A DNA stretch of 64,000 bases from Camelus dromedarius (GCF_036321535.1 NC_087436.1:10540001-10604000); one strand, 5' to 3'; numbered from the stretch's first letter, positions 14,150 through 27,607 are shown. The notes: a model not told the origin generated them from the sequence alone. Program-made: numbers and translations.

Positions 14150-15330
14150 TTATTCTACTATCAAGTCTGTAGACTCTTTGTCATTGGCAACATGTAGGTC
14201 AACCTAAACTTTCATGCCTGAAAAATCGGAGTCCTCAGTGGTTTTGTGTACAAATGCTATAATTTCCCACTAGATTGTGCCTTGGAGGCATCGGAGGTCA
14301 TATTTCGGGCTTGCTGACGTATTCCTCCAGCTCCCATTAGCGACAGTGACCCAATTTCTTCTTTGTCATCAGGATTGATCACGTCAGCCAGAGCAAGAAA
14401 CTGCCTGTCTGTTCATGGCAGGAGAAGCCCCAAATGGCCAATGATTCAATGGAACCATTGCTGCGCCCCCTGGTGAATGCATTTTCCCTTAGGAAATTCA
14501 AACCAGCCATGTCTAAGTTATTGGAAAGAAGTGCAAAAATTCTGCAAATGGGTTAGCAAGTGAAATAGTGAGTGATACCACTCCATCCTCCACCTGTTGA
14601 CTCCCAGGCCCCTAGGTTATAGCTGTAGGAAAAAATGACACCATATACTAGCCGCCAATTTAAAACCTATTCTCCGTCCTATACAATAAACCCTCACTAT
14701 TTCAAGGATATAATCTCTAAACTGCACTGTAATTCAGTTTCCAATAGGCCATTCCACTATTCAGTCAGACCACCTGCTTTGCACTGAAGGAGTGCGTGAA
14801 TAAGACCAGATGATTTCACAGGCACGAGCCCACCGGCACACTTCTTTTTGTGCAAAATGAGTATTTTCACCCTAGGCAATGTTCTAGGAATAAAATGAAG
14901 GTAAATAAGACCCTAGATGTTGGTGCTAGGAAAGGCATTTTGGTGGGGGAGGGCATAGCTCAGTGGTAGAGTGCATGCCTAGCATGCACAAGGTCCTGGG
15001 TTCAATTCCCAGCACCTCCACTGAAAATAAATTAATTTAAATAAACGTAATTACCTGCCTCTCTCAAAAAAATGCATTTATATGAATACATTCATTAAGC
15101 GATTCAGTTTTTTTTTTTAAAAAAAAAGCATTTTGATCAGGGAAGGCAAATGTATATCTAGAATACAATTCCATTCCTGTGAGAGCAGATCACTGCCTCC
15201 TCCCGTTGGAAGGTGTTCAGTGGGATCATTCAACAGCAAGGTGGCTGGTTGGCTCCCCTGGGAAGCTGTACTGATTTCTGCAGCTCAGCGGGTTGACACT
15301 GAGCTGAGGTGGTGGTCAGACTGGGCACTG
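14150..15330 (-). mobile_element. Decayed ERVL internal region (integrase remnant)
   Basis: Minus strand near 15135-15185 translates LTGMELYSRYTFAFP, similar to ERVL integrase LTGIDTYSGYGFAFP. The 14330-14510 stretch (ggattgatcac...cccaaatggcc...ttcaatggaaccattg) resembles the ERVL pol 3' region. Confidence 0.65.
14945..15123 (+). mobile_element. tRNA-Ala-derived SINE (camelid vic-1 type)
   Basis: GGGGGAGGGCATAGCTCAGTGGTAGAG...GGTTCAATTCCCAGCACCTCCA has A and B boxes, followed by an aaataaac.taattacct tail. Imperfect TSD aaaggcattttggt (14931-14944) / aaaagcattttgat (15124-15137). Confidence 0.88.
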
Positions 15331-15784
15331 AGTGTGAGATTGAGAAGCAGAGCAAACACAGTCTTCAAGATGGTTGTCAAGACAGGCTTTGCAGAGGAGG
15401 TATGGTTGAGCTGGGTGCTGAATGGAGATGAATCAATTAAAGGGAGGAAAAGGCTAGTCCACGAGACCCAGAGAGTGAAGGAGCATCAGCCATGGTCCGG
15501 GCAGGAATCAACCCAGCAGTCAGGAAGCACAACCATCTGATCAGAAGGAGTTCTTTGCGCAGCGAAGGACACAGGCTTGAATGATAGGGGACCCTCCTTG
15601 CTCTCCAGTCATGGTCCTGCTGCTTAGTCCCCGTGTGTCACACTTTTGGGGGATTTCCCAATCCAGACTAAGCCGACAACAAAATATACTCCTCCAAGTT
15701 CTGCCCATTGGGCAGACTTCCCCCTACCACTGATTTTTCAGACATTCCTCCGTTTTCTGGTTGCTCCCTGAGTTGTTATTTACT

Positions 15785-15930
15785 GAAGTGCCTCAGTTTT
15801 CTCATTTGTGGACAGGAGATAATTTATGTCACAGAGCTGTTGTGGCGATGAAAGGATTAAGTAAATGCAAAGCACGTAAAATAGTGCTTGGCATATAGCA
15901 AACGCCGTGAAAGTTTTTAAATTACTATTT
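15785..15930 (+). mobile_element. MIR fragment
   Basis: gcctcagttttctcatttgt...aaatagtgcttggcatatag. Confidence 0.65.
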
Positions 15931-17007
15931 ACATTTACGGTTCAATTTTAAAAGGTGTTAACTTATACTCAGAAATACCTCAGAGAAATTAAATAAAGTA
16001 AAACCTGTCTACCTCTTTCCATATTATATTTCTTAAGCCAAAGAACTTTCTTCTGTGTTTACTTTTCGGTCAAAGTCATATATACAATACATGAAATTCG
16101 CTGTAAAGTAGTGGTTACACTAGAAATACTCTTTCCAGAAAACTACTGTATTTGGCATCGTGAACAACAAAACAGCATGTTAAAATATTTATTTTCTGTC
16201 GCCTTCTACTCTGTCTTTCATAAGTCACAGCCTGATTTTGTGACATATTGGTTAAACTGCAACGCTCTGTCATCATCGCTCTGGCAAGGTGGTCAGGGTC
16301 ACTGTGGCCAATTTGGAATCGTTCTCAAAGTGCAGTCGTGTGAAGCAATAAAAGCAAAAAAATTAGCCAGGGGTTTTAACAACCCCCTTCATACGCAGGA
16401 GTTCTGGAAACCTGCCCTCCTGGCTAAGCCAGTGTTTCTCTAGTTGTAACTCCTGTTAAGACTCACATCAACGCTGTAAGACGATTGTCCTGTAAGCCTC
16501 TTGGGCAGCTCCCTGACCTTGTGCTGCTCATGCTGACAAGCAGCGCTCCCGAGAGCCTGAGCTGGTGGAACAGGCGCGTTATTACCCGGGCAGAGAGACA
16601 TAAACATTCACATCCGGACACGGAAGTGGACAGTGACAATGGATACGTGGCTTTGGGGAAATTGAAGGGAAATCCATCCCCACCAACAGCCTTGCAAGCC
16701 AGACACCTTCTCCTCTGTTTTCCCCTCCCAGTGGGGACCATCAGGGGAGCATTCTTCACCTCCCCAGATCTATTCTGGAAAGTTTTGTTTGATAGAAAAC
16801 TCTCCTTTATAACAGATTGGAAGTATTTCCTCTCAAATTAGCTTTCTCCTTGTTTTCATTCATTCATTCCTTTGGATTCTACACCATCCACTGTTGCCAC
16901 CTTGCCAGTGTGGAACTGTGTTTATGTGGTGGAGACTTTCCTTCCCCCCAAAAAAAGAACAAAATGGATATACTGGTTCCTTCAGCATTCTTGTCTCAGA
17001 AGGCAGC

Positions 17008-17300
17008 TCATAATTCATAATAATAATAATTATAATAATTATATTATATAATTATTAATAATTATATGACTAATTATTATATAACATATTATTACTAATA
17101 ATATTATCATATTATTAATAATATAATTTTAATAAATACAATTATAATTATCATATTATATTCATAATTACATACCAGTAATATTATACATATTATTTTT
17201 AAATATGTTAATAATAATTCTGATGTTATTAATACTATTAATTATTAATAATATTACATACAATTATTGATATAATAATTATATTATTATAATTATTATC
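17008..17300. repeat. AT-rich low-complexity tract (degenerate TAA/ATT)
   Basis: About 290 nt that are almost entirely A/T. Confidence 0.9.
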
Positions 17301-20300
17301 TGGATTAGTCTGTGTACCCTCTGTAGAGGGCCACTTTATAAGCAACCCAAACCAATTCTTGCCAACTAAGAGAAACTAAATAAGGAATTTATTGGAATAT
17401 TATTACATAGCTCACAAAATCAAAGCAGCATGTTAAGACTTAGATCTTGAGAGCCAGGAAAGCACTGAGGCTTGCACGCATCTCTTCAGGCAGCTGCCCC
17501 CTTGATGAACCAGCCTCATGCATTTCCTGCCTACTCTGGTCACACCTCCTCAAATTCAAGTTTGAGGGGAGACGTATCTCACTGGCCGAGCTAGGCTTCA
17601 GTGCCAGGAGATAGTAGAGCACTTGACTAAAGGTGAGCTGTGCTTTACAGGATGTTACATCTATATTCATCTTAAGATTCATCCACCACTATTTATCTAA
17701 AATGCCTTCACTGCAATCCTTCACCACAACCTGCATTTGCTAGCGCAGGGCGGTGGACACGGATGTACACTGCCCTTCGGGGATGGGTGTACGTGTCTGG
17801 GTGAGTGCGGTCTGTAGAATCTCCAGCTGTCACCTCCTTCAGGGTCTGCTTCAGCAGCAGAAAGTCACCTTGGGGATGGCACGCCCATTCAGAGGCAGTT
17901 CACACCAGGGACTGAGTAAGCCAGGCAGGGGGAAAAGGCCCTGTGATTCCAGTTGGTCCTGGGGCACCCTGACCTGCAACAGCCTCCCCTGAGCTCTCAG
18001 CCCAGGAGGCCAAAGCTGTGTTGGGTCCGCACCACAGTTCAAATTCTTCCTCAACTCAACTTGCTTCCTCTCACTTTCTTTCCCACGTGTTGAGATCTAA
18101 GAAACATCTTGAACTCTAAACTCCCTTTAACACCAGCTCCAGAAAGTTCAACTCGTAATACTGGTCAACTGAGGCAATTCCCAGCTTGCTCAAAGACACA
18201 TTACCTAGAGGCAGAGACGTAATTAGAACACCAGTCCTTTGACCAGAGATCTGGTGAGACTCTTCCATTCCACCCAGTGTCCACAGCCATCCATGACAAT
18301 TCAGGTGATGGAATCTTGCAAGGATTGGTATTAATCTAAAGTGATTAGACACAGTTGCAAGACAAGAATCGTGACGTCACCTGTGTCGATTAACTATCAC
18401 ATCCACGGGACTCCAAGCACAGGGCACTGGCTCACCCTTCCACCTCTGTAAACCAACTTATTTATGGCACAATTCCAGAAGCCCAAATAAAATACAAAAT
18501 GATACTGTCTTACACACATGAACGACACCCCCAAAGGCTGAGTCTTGGGTATATGACATGCCCCTATAACTCCTATATTAGCCTTTATGTCCAAAGGTCT
18601 CAAGATAATAATGTGTCATCTGTTATCTCCATCTTTACAGAAATCTCTGCTTTTCTCTTAATTTTCTTTAAACTCCTGGTTGTAGACCAGACATATCTTT
18701 TTTTTTCTTATTTCTGAGATTCTTTTTCATGGAAACTTATGAGTTATTTTAGGTCATTAATTGGACAGTAGGTGCTACAAGGAGAAAATGAGGTAGCAAA
18801 AACTTTCTGCTGTCATATGAAATGAAACATTTTATGATAAATATAATATCTATGATCACCCATCTGTCTGAGCTTCATTATGGTGGGAAGGTGTAAGTAG
18901 GATAATTTTCAAATGGCATCAAAGATCATCAGTAATAATGCTTCTAAATTAATTTGTCTAGTTGTTAAGTTACCAAAAAAAAAAAACCAAACACCAAAAG
19001 CCTGAATTACTGAACTCAGCCCCCACAATGCTACAATTACAGATTCTTACATCAGTTGCAAGTTTCATGAGCTCTATAAACTAGCTTATTATTGGCAACT
19101 TAATATTTTGCATACAAATTTAATTGAAAATTGTACTTTCCCTGTGAACACCTAATTCAGTTATTCAGTCACTGTGATATTTCAAAAGATAAAATAAAGA
19201 AAAAAGGGATGAATTCACCAGTGTATCATGGAAAATTGTTAGAATACCCCGATTCTTAGTTTAAGGAACAGGGTTTTTTCAGGAAAAGGTTTCCGCCTTG
19301 AAGAGCTTTAGGATGGGTGGGCTTTAAAGAACAGCCCAAAGTCCTCTTTCAAATGCTGGGTGGACAACTCAGTGGCTCACAGCTTCTCTCGTTCTTAGGT
19401 CTCTGGTGTGGAAAATATGAAACCCAGCCCCTCATCCTGTACATTTAGTGCATTTAGGGAAAAAGGGAAAACCTAATCCCACATAGCATCAAATTGATAT
19501 TATATCATTGATACTAAAATGTTAAAGTTGATGCTTTACAAAAATACTACATAGAAGATGAATTTAAGTCATTCATTCATTCATTCAATACAGTTCAATA
19601 AATAATATCAAGCATCCTTCTGAACAAGAAAATAAACAAAAATCCTCATCATTGAATATTTTCTCTCATGTGCACGTGGGGTGAGGAGACCTTATGTTCT
19701 AAGGTTTTGTTTGATTGATTTTTAAATGTCTTGTGTTATTAAGGCTAAACTCTTCTACTTGCTCTTAAAGAACGTTTTAGTCTGACCTCACTTTATCTAC
19801 CCTAAATAGAGTCCACGACACCCCGGCCCTCTCTTCATACTGTTCTCTCTGACCAATGCCACGTCTTGGTCCATCATGTCACTTCCACCTGTCCAACGCC
19901 TCAATTTAAAACAGTTTCCTCTAGAAAAGTTTCCTGATTCCTTCAATCCAAGACGATCCAGCTCATCTCCCAATTTCTAGGGAAATTTAATTGACATGAA
20001 TATTTACCTTATCTCCCCAAATAGATTAGTAGAAAAGGTCATGCTTACAGAATTTTTGTGTTCCCCAAAAGGCTTCAGATTATGCCATGCACAAGTGGAC
20101 AATGTTAATTTATTTTCAGGTAATCTGGCTAACTCTAATTGTGACCATGCTTTTTCAAGTCACAGTAGCATTTTAATCATCCCTCTCAGTAATTAAAATG
20201 ATTACATTTTCCATGATCTATTTTCCATGGGATGGATTTGCATTATTTATTAAAATGTCCCTTAAATGTCACTGAGACATTTTGTTGAGATGTTATCTCT

Positions 20301-20524
20301 ATACCATTAAGAGAATTCTACCAAATTCTATAAATATATTACAGATCTGTATTTAAATACCTATTTACAGAATTGTTTAAATGTAGACAGCATTTGCCTT
20401 TCAAACAAGTTTGTGAAATACGAATGAAAACAGCATATGCAGCAAACAGTGAATATTTGAAAATTTCTGCAACAGCACGTGTACAAGGAGATGATATAAA
20501 TGTGGAACAACACATTAGAAGTGT

Positions 20525-20582
20525 GAAAATTCTCAATCAAATTCACCTGGAGAAAATTCTCAATCAAATTCACCTGGAGAAA
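20525..20582. repeat. Perfect 27-bp tandem duplication
   Basis: gaaaattctcaatcaaattcacctgga x2, plus gaaa. Confidence 0.95.
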
Positions 20583-20717
20583 TATTATCATTTTTATATG
20601 ATAATAACTTACTAACAATATGGTCTGAAAACTGCAGGTTTAAACTTTTTGTGTGATGCTTTTCCAGATACTTAGAGTAGGAAGTTGATAAGTTATGGTC
20701 CTGATACCCTCATAGCT

Positions 20718-21155
20718 CTGGTGGCCAGAATAATGTCCCCTTTAGATGTCCTGTCCAAATCCCCAAACATTGTGAATATCTTACCTTAGATGGCAAAGAG
20801 CATTTTGGAGTTATGACTAAGGAACTTAAGATGGGGAGATTATCTTGGATTATCTGGAGGATCCCAATATAATCACAGGGTCCTTCTAAGAAGAAAGCAG
20901 GAGTGTCCTAGTCAGAGAAGAAGATGTGACAATGGACACAGAGGTCAGAGTGGCGGGTTGGCAGAAGCCAAGACATGCTCGCAGCTTCTAGAAGCCAGAA
21001 AAGGCAAAGAAATGGGTTCTCTCCTTAAGTCTCCTGAAGAAACACAGCCTTATAGACTAATTTTACATTTCTGACATAAAGACTGTAAAAGAATAGGTTT
21101 GCAGTGTAAGCCACAGAATTTTTGGTAATTTTTTACATTAGAAATAGGAAAGTAG
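20718..21155 (+). mobile_element. MaLR LTR (MLT1D-like)
   Basis: cagaataatg...tgtgaatat.ttacctta.atggcaaa...agatggggagattatcttggattatc. Confidence 0.8.
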
Positions 21156-23304
21156 CAAGGTACCGTCCACTGTCTAGTACACCTGACTTTTTAGGTAATT
21201 TAGTGACCTTCTCTGTATGCAGAATTACCTCTGTTTCATAATTCTTCACCGTATTTTTCTATTTCATACATGGGTACTGAAAACAGCTTTGTAGTTATTG
21301 TAGCTTCTTAGAGGGAAAATTAGCATATGATTTTAACCATTTCTATTTCTGCTGATTATTAGCAGAATTCTAAAGGTAAGCAGTAGTATTCCCCAGAGCA
21401 GACGTCCCTGCTACCATCCCCAGCCCTCACTTCTCCCTTTGGTTATAGGTTTTGCCTTCTCACCACTCTCCTTTGCCATATCGCATCCTCCGCTACAGCA
21501 CATCACTCATCTACGTAAGGTACAAAACCAAAACCTAGCTACAAGATTAAAGGCATCAGACATATAATACCATTGGAAACGAATCATCGGGGTTGTAAAA
21601 TGGCAGGACATGGTGCATTTTATATTTCAATGGCTCATTAACAATATTACTATCAAATCAGACAGTATCATCTGCTACATTTTTTTCCATATTAAGAAGC
21701 AAATTCTCTGAGGTTAAGCTAACTGTAGAGCAACACAGAGCAGAGAGTCCATTTATTAGCATGAGAAAGAGCAGTCTTCTAAGAGTTTGCTACATGCCTA
21801 GTATTTTAGGACTTTAGGAGGCAAAAACCTGAATTCCTTACCTATGTGAAATTTATCAAGTTGCAGAAACAACACGAGTTAGTGAACAAAGGAGTACGTG
21901 ATTAATTGCCAGATATTTCGGTCAAAATGTTATGTTGAAAGAAAACAAATGACTGCTCAGGGAGAGCCTGTTACCTCGAAAAGGCTTTATGTAGACAAGA
22001 CATGAGTTGGACTTAAAATGATGTACAGGATGCAGGTAAGCGTAGAAGAGGAGAGAAGACATTCCCAGTAGAACAAACAAGAGTAAAGACACCGACAAAT
22101 CCAAGTGCAGCGCTGTGAACACTGCCACATGGAGGAAGGGTAGAAAATCAGAATAAACGAGAAGTCCACGGTTACTGGAGCTGTCAGCAGCAGCTTGGAA
22201 ATGCCATGGAAACTTGAACAAGAAAGAGAAGTGATGAAAGCATTAAAAAAAAAAAAATGGTGAGCACAATGAGCTGGGGAGTATGAAAACCGAAAATCAG
22301 AGACCCCAGGTCTAGGGGAGTGTGGATGGAGGGGAGGATGTTAAGCCTGGAGCTGCCTGGCTGTTCAAGGCTCAATTGCAGGTGGAACATACAGTTCCCA
22401 TAGCTCACGCTGTGATGGTTAAGTACGATACGTGATTCCTTATGATGACAATATGCATTAATTTATAGCGTTATTTGTGTTATATGAGCATGTCAGTTTA
22501 TTACTAGTGCATTTTCAAGAAATTGATCTAAATAAATCTCTTTCTCCTTGATGTTAGAAGGAACTTCACCTTGATGTCAGCTCTGTGGAACACTGTCCAC
22601 AGGAGGCAATGAGCCAAGTGACTTTTAATAATTTAGAGAAGACTGCTTTTATTGCAAATGCATGAGACATCGTAGTCTTGGACAGAGTCAAGTTGTACAG
22701 ATGGAACAGATAATCTATCAAAAAAGGAAAGCACATAAAAATACTACTTCACTCACTTTGATGGTATGCCGATAAATGAGTTAAACTTCAATGGAACTAT
22801 TAGATGAAAAGAATAAAATTGATCTTAACAGAGGCCAAAAATGTAGATGAAGAGAATCACTATTTCTGGAAATAGTTGCCTGTATTTGCTCTTGTTCTTA
22901 ACCATCTCTGTCATTTTGTCTTTAATGCTATTACCAACTCTTACTCTTCCTCCCCTGCCTTTAATGAATCCTTGTCCTGAATGCTCACCTACAAAGCATA
23001 TTGCTGTAGAGATGTGAAGAGACATGAACAGAAGCAAAAGCCTGCAGAAAGTTTGAAATAGTAGAGTTTGAAAAAATATGCCTATTTAAGTGAACAGAAT
23101 TCATCCTTTTAGAGAATACACAGGCCAAAACTAAAACCAAAGGTAATAATAACAAAATGAATAGTAAAGTCCTGGCAAATAAGAGAAAGAAAAACTGCAT
23201 GTCTGATCGAAGCTGGTCCTGCAATGAAGGCTCCTAGGGAGAGAGAACAGAAATCTGGGAACAAAGGAGGAAAGAGCAAGAGAGAAAAACAGTAAGATTA
23301 AGTG

Positions 23305-24130
23305 GAAATTATCAGAGAAGAGCAAATCAAAACTACAATGAAGTATCACCTCACACCAGTCAGAATGGCCATCATCCAAAAGCCCACAAACAATAAAAGC
23401 TGGAGAGGGTGTGGGGAAAAGGGAACCCTCCTACACTGCTGGTGGGAATGCAGTTTGGTACAGCCACTGTGGAGAACAGTGTGGAGATTCCTTTAAAAAC
23501 TAAAAGTAAACTTATTTTCAGCAATCTCTCTCTTGGGCATATATCTGGAGGAAACTCTAATTTGAAAAGATACATACACCCAATGTTCATAGCAGCACTA
23601 TTTACAATAGACATGGAAGCAACCTAAATGCATCGACAGATGACTGGATAAAGAAGTTGTGGCATATTTATACAATGGAATACTACTCAGTCATAAAAAA
23701 TAATAAAATAATGCCATTTGCAGCAACATGGATGGACCTAGAGATTATCATACTAAGTGAAGTAAGCCAGAGAGAGAAAGACAAATATCATGCTATCACT
23801 TATATGTGGAATCTAAAACAATGACACAAATGAACTTATTTACAAAACAGAAACAGAATTACAGACATAGAAAACAAACTTATGGTTACTAAAGCAGAAA
23901 GGGAAGAAGAGGGATGAATTAGGTGTTTGGGATTAGCAGATACAAACTACCATATATAAAATAAATAACATGTTTCCACTGTATAGCACAGGAAACTATA
24001 TTCAATATCTTCTAACAACCTATAATGAAAGAGAATATGAAAAGGAACATATGTAACTGAAACACTATGTTGTACAACAGAAATTAACACAACGTTGTAA
24101 ACCAACTATACTTCAAAAAAAATAAAATAA
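23305..24130 (+). mobile_element. 5'-truncated L1 (ORF2 C-terminus plus 3'UTR)
   Basis: ORF track [18 protein letters not shown]...[18 protein letters not shown]-rich tail. Confidence 0.92.
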
Positions 24131-25402
24131 AAGATAAAGCAGAAAGGGGATTGGGATAATTGTCAAAAGCAAGTACTGAAGTTCACACTTGTTTCCTGGG
24201 TCCTGTGCATGTGTCAGTTGAGTTTAAAAGTCTAGAAACAGCTTACATCAGCCCAGAGTATCACTTAGGAAAGAAGGATTGGATTTATGGCTTAACATCT
24301 CTACTTCAAAGAGCTGTAGCGAAATGTACCTGAGAATAATATTTTCCTAAGTGGACAGTCCCCAAGTTACTATTTCAAAATATGCTACATACTGTGAATT
24401 ACACAAGTCAACACTTTCATAAAATACTTCTTGACTGTGTTTCCTCATTATTCATTTCATCATATAATTTGACATTTATAAAGACAGACCATTTCTTAAA
24501 TCTTGGAAAATAGTCATCAGGAGCAACACAAATTCTATTGATCTCATCTCTTGAAGACTCCAGGAAAATTGCTTAACTTTCCCTCAATAAACATTAGGAC
24601 ATGAGAAACATCATATTTGAATTTGATCTTCCAAATACAAAAATCATATTTCCATCTCCTGAATCAAAGTTGAACATTGCTTAATATTATAGATTTCATT
24701 TCTGAGCGAGTCTTTGTTTCCTTCTTCCTTTATCCTAAATGTAGAAAATGCCACCCCAGCATGTGAAATCTCTGTTACGGTATGACTTTCTTACATCATT
24801 TTCCTAACATTTACTGTGGACTCCAGTGCAAATTATCTGGACTAACCTCTTCCTTATCTGACTTTGACTCTTTGGGCTGTGAGGGATTCCTGGACAAAGA
24901 ACAATTAAAAGGCCTAAAAAATAAGCCTACATTAAATATGCTGCATTATTAGAAGGAAAATGTGTATCATATTTTTCAATATGCTCAACATACATCAAAA
25001 AGGCTGCACAAGGTACATGGTTGTATCAATGGAACATTCTCTACTTCACACATGTAGGAATTATCATGCAGCTCAAATACCATGACCAGATGTAATGGGC
25101 ACCGCGTCTTCAAAACAGTGGGGCTGGAATCCACTTTGAGAAACTACAGAAGACAATAGCGTATGAAAGACACAGCCTCCTTTGTCTTGTATCACATCAC
25201 ACTGCCAGGTACAACTGCCAGAGAGTCGAGGCTCCTTCTGAAAGTTGTCTTCGGGACATGGAGTTGCCAGGTGAGCAGCAAGGAGTTTACTTTTTGAAAA
25301 TTCAGACCAAGAACAGAGACCAAAAAGAAAAATGAGCATAAACTAATTCATTTTCATCAGGCTACGAAGGCTAAAAATTCCAGAAGGGAAGAGGAAGATA
25401 AA

Positions 25403-26082
25403 TGTGCTATACAGTATAATCTTGTTTATCTATTCTATATATACCTGTCAGTATCTACAAATTTCGAACTCCCAGTCTGCCCCTTCCCATCCTCCCTCCT
25501 CTCTGGCAATCACAAGTTTGTATTCTATGTCTATGAGTCTGTTTCTGTTTCGTATTATGTTCATTTGTCTTTTTCTTCTCTTTTTTTTTCTTTCTTTTTT
25601 TTTCAGATTCCACATATAGGCGATACCATATGATATTCATCCTTCTCTGTCTGACTTACTTCACTTAGTATGATAATTTTTACATCCATCCACATTGCTG
25701 CAAATGGCATTATTTTATTTTTTTTATGGCTGAGTAGTATTCAATGGCATAGATATACCACATCTTCTTTATCCAGTCATTTGTTGATGGACATTTAGGT
25801 TGTTTCCATGTCTTGTCTATTGTAAATAGTGCTGCTATGAACATTGGGGTGCAGGTGTCTTTCTGACTTAGAGTTTTCTCCAGATTTATGTCCTAAAATA
25901 GATAAATAACAAGAACCTACTATATAGCACAGGGAATGATATTCAGTCTCTTGTAATAAGCTATAAAGTAAAATAATCTGAAAAAAATATATATGCATGT
26001 ATAACTGAATCACTTTTCTGTACACATGAAACTACCATTGTTAGTGGATTACATGTCAATAAAAAATAAGAATTAAAAAAAA
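25403..26082. mobile_element. Inverted, chimeric L1 3' insertion
   Basis: Minus-strand L1 (25403-25893) is joined to a plus-strand L1 3' end (25894-26082) with an A tail. Confidence 0.85.
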
Positions 26083-26471
26083 AGACAAGATCTTGTCCAC
26101 TGGGAATTTAAAGATGGTCTTCCATCTGCCTATGTTTTAGCCTCCAAATATGTCCTCTTTAGCTTTGCATCTCTGTTTGGAACACCCTCCTCTACCTTCC
26201 ACTACTTGTCAGAAATCCTCTTCAAGTTTCCAAACAAGCATGGCATCCTATGTGACACTCTCCTTCATCTTCCCCTAAAAATAAATCTTTTTAATATATG
26301 ACTTGTGTTCCTGTTGGGTGAGCCACATGGTAAAGGGGGACCGTGCAAATATCTCAGGACTTGGAGTCAGACATGGATTAATTCTTCCATGGACTTGGTG
26401 TATGTGCTGTATGTCCTGGAAAAGTTATTTAAGCCTCACTTTTTCTCATGTGTAAGATAACAGTGACGCTA

Positions 26472-26820
26472 CTTTTTTTGTTGTTGTATTGAAGTACAGT
26501 CAGTTTACAATGTTGCATCAATTTCTAGTGTAAAACATAATGCTTCAGTCATACATATACATACACATACATAAATTCCTTTTTCATATTCCTTTTCATT
26601 ATAGGTTACTACAAGATATTCAATATAATTTCCAGTGCTATACAGTAGAAACTTGTTGTTTATCTATTTTATATATAGTAGTTAGTATCTGCAATTCTCA
26701 GTCTCCAAATTTATCCCTTCCCACCCCCTTTCCCCTTGGTAACCATAAGTCTGTGTTCTGTCTGAGAGTCTGTTTTTGTTTTGCAAATACATTCATTTGT
26801 GTCTTTTTTTTTTTAGATTC
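26472..26820 (-). mobile_element. L1 3' end fragment within a MIR
   Basis: ttgaagtacagtcagtttacaatgttg...ggtaaccataag...tttagattc. Confidence 0.85.
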
Positions 26821-27084
26821 ACTGAGGTGTGGTGAAGTTCAAACAAGATGAAAATATAAAAGGCTGACGTTTTATAAATGTGTTTAGTACCTAGTAGATT
26901 CAAAATGATTTTTTTTAAGTTCTCTTTGCTTCTCTTTCTCTCTCAGTCTCTGGTTTTCATCTAAAATCAGCAAGAACATAAAGCTCATGCCATGGTTAAG
27001 ATACCAGAACCCATCCGGTTCCTATGGAGTCTATCAGTGAGTCACCCTCAATACACCTTCATACGTACACTCAATGTCTCCCAT

Positions 27085-27607
27085 CAGAAGACCGCAAACC
27101 ACAGCCCGTGGCCGGATCTAGCCCACCGGCTGTAACAGCCCATGAGCCAAGAACAACTTGCAGACTTTTTTTCTTAAATGTTATTTGTAATTGAAGTGTA
27201 GTTGATTTACAATGTTAGTTTCAGGTGTACTGCAAAGTGATTCACTTACACACATACATACATACTGTTTTTCAGATTCTTTTCCATTATAGGTTATTAC
27301 AAGGCACTGAATTCAGCTCCCTGTGCTATACAGTAAGTCCTTGTTGTTTATCTGTTTTATATGCAGTTATAAACTTTTGCACTTTTTAAGTGGTTGAAAA
27401 TTAAAAAAAAATACTGAATCACATGAAATGGAACTTCCAGTATCTGTGAAGTTTAACTGGGGCACGTCCATGCTCACTTGTCTGTGGACTGGCTATGACT
27501 GCTTTTATGTTCCAAGGGCGAAGTTGAGTAGATAAGAGACCATATGTGCCACAAAATCTAAAATATCAACTATCTGGCCTTCACAGAAGAAGACTACTGA
27601 CCGCTGT
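27085..27607. mobile_element. hAT-Charlie MITE (MER58-like) with a nested L1 3' end (about 27165-27370)
   Basis: gcaaaccacagcccgtggcc...agttgagtag...agagaccatatg...aaaatctaaaatat..actatctggcc. Confidence 0.75.

Noticed and set aside
14945..15020. Functional tRNA-Ala gene
   Set aside because: It has an altered 5' end, a SINE-type AT-rich tail and a TSD, and it sits inside an ERVL fossil. It is a tRNA-derived SINE.
20339..20618. ORFs with a repeated peptide (ILNQIHLEK x2)
   Set aside because: The repeat is simply the 27-bp DNA duplication, and there are no exon signals or homology.
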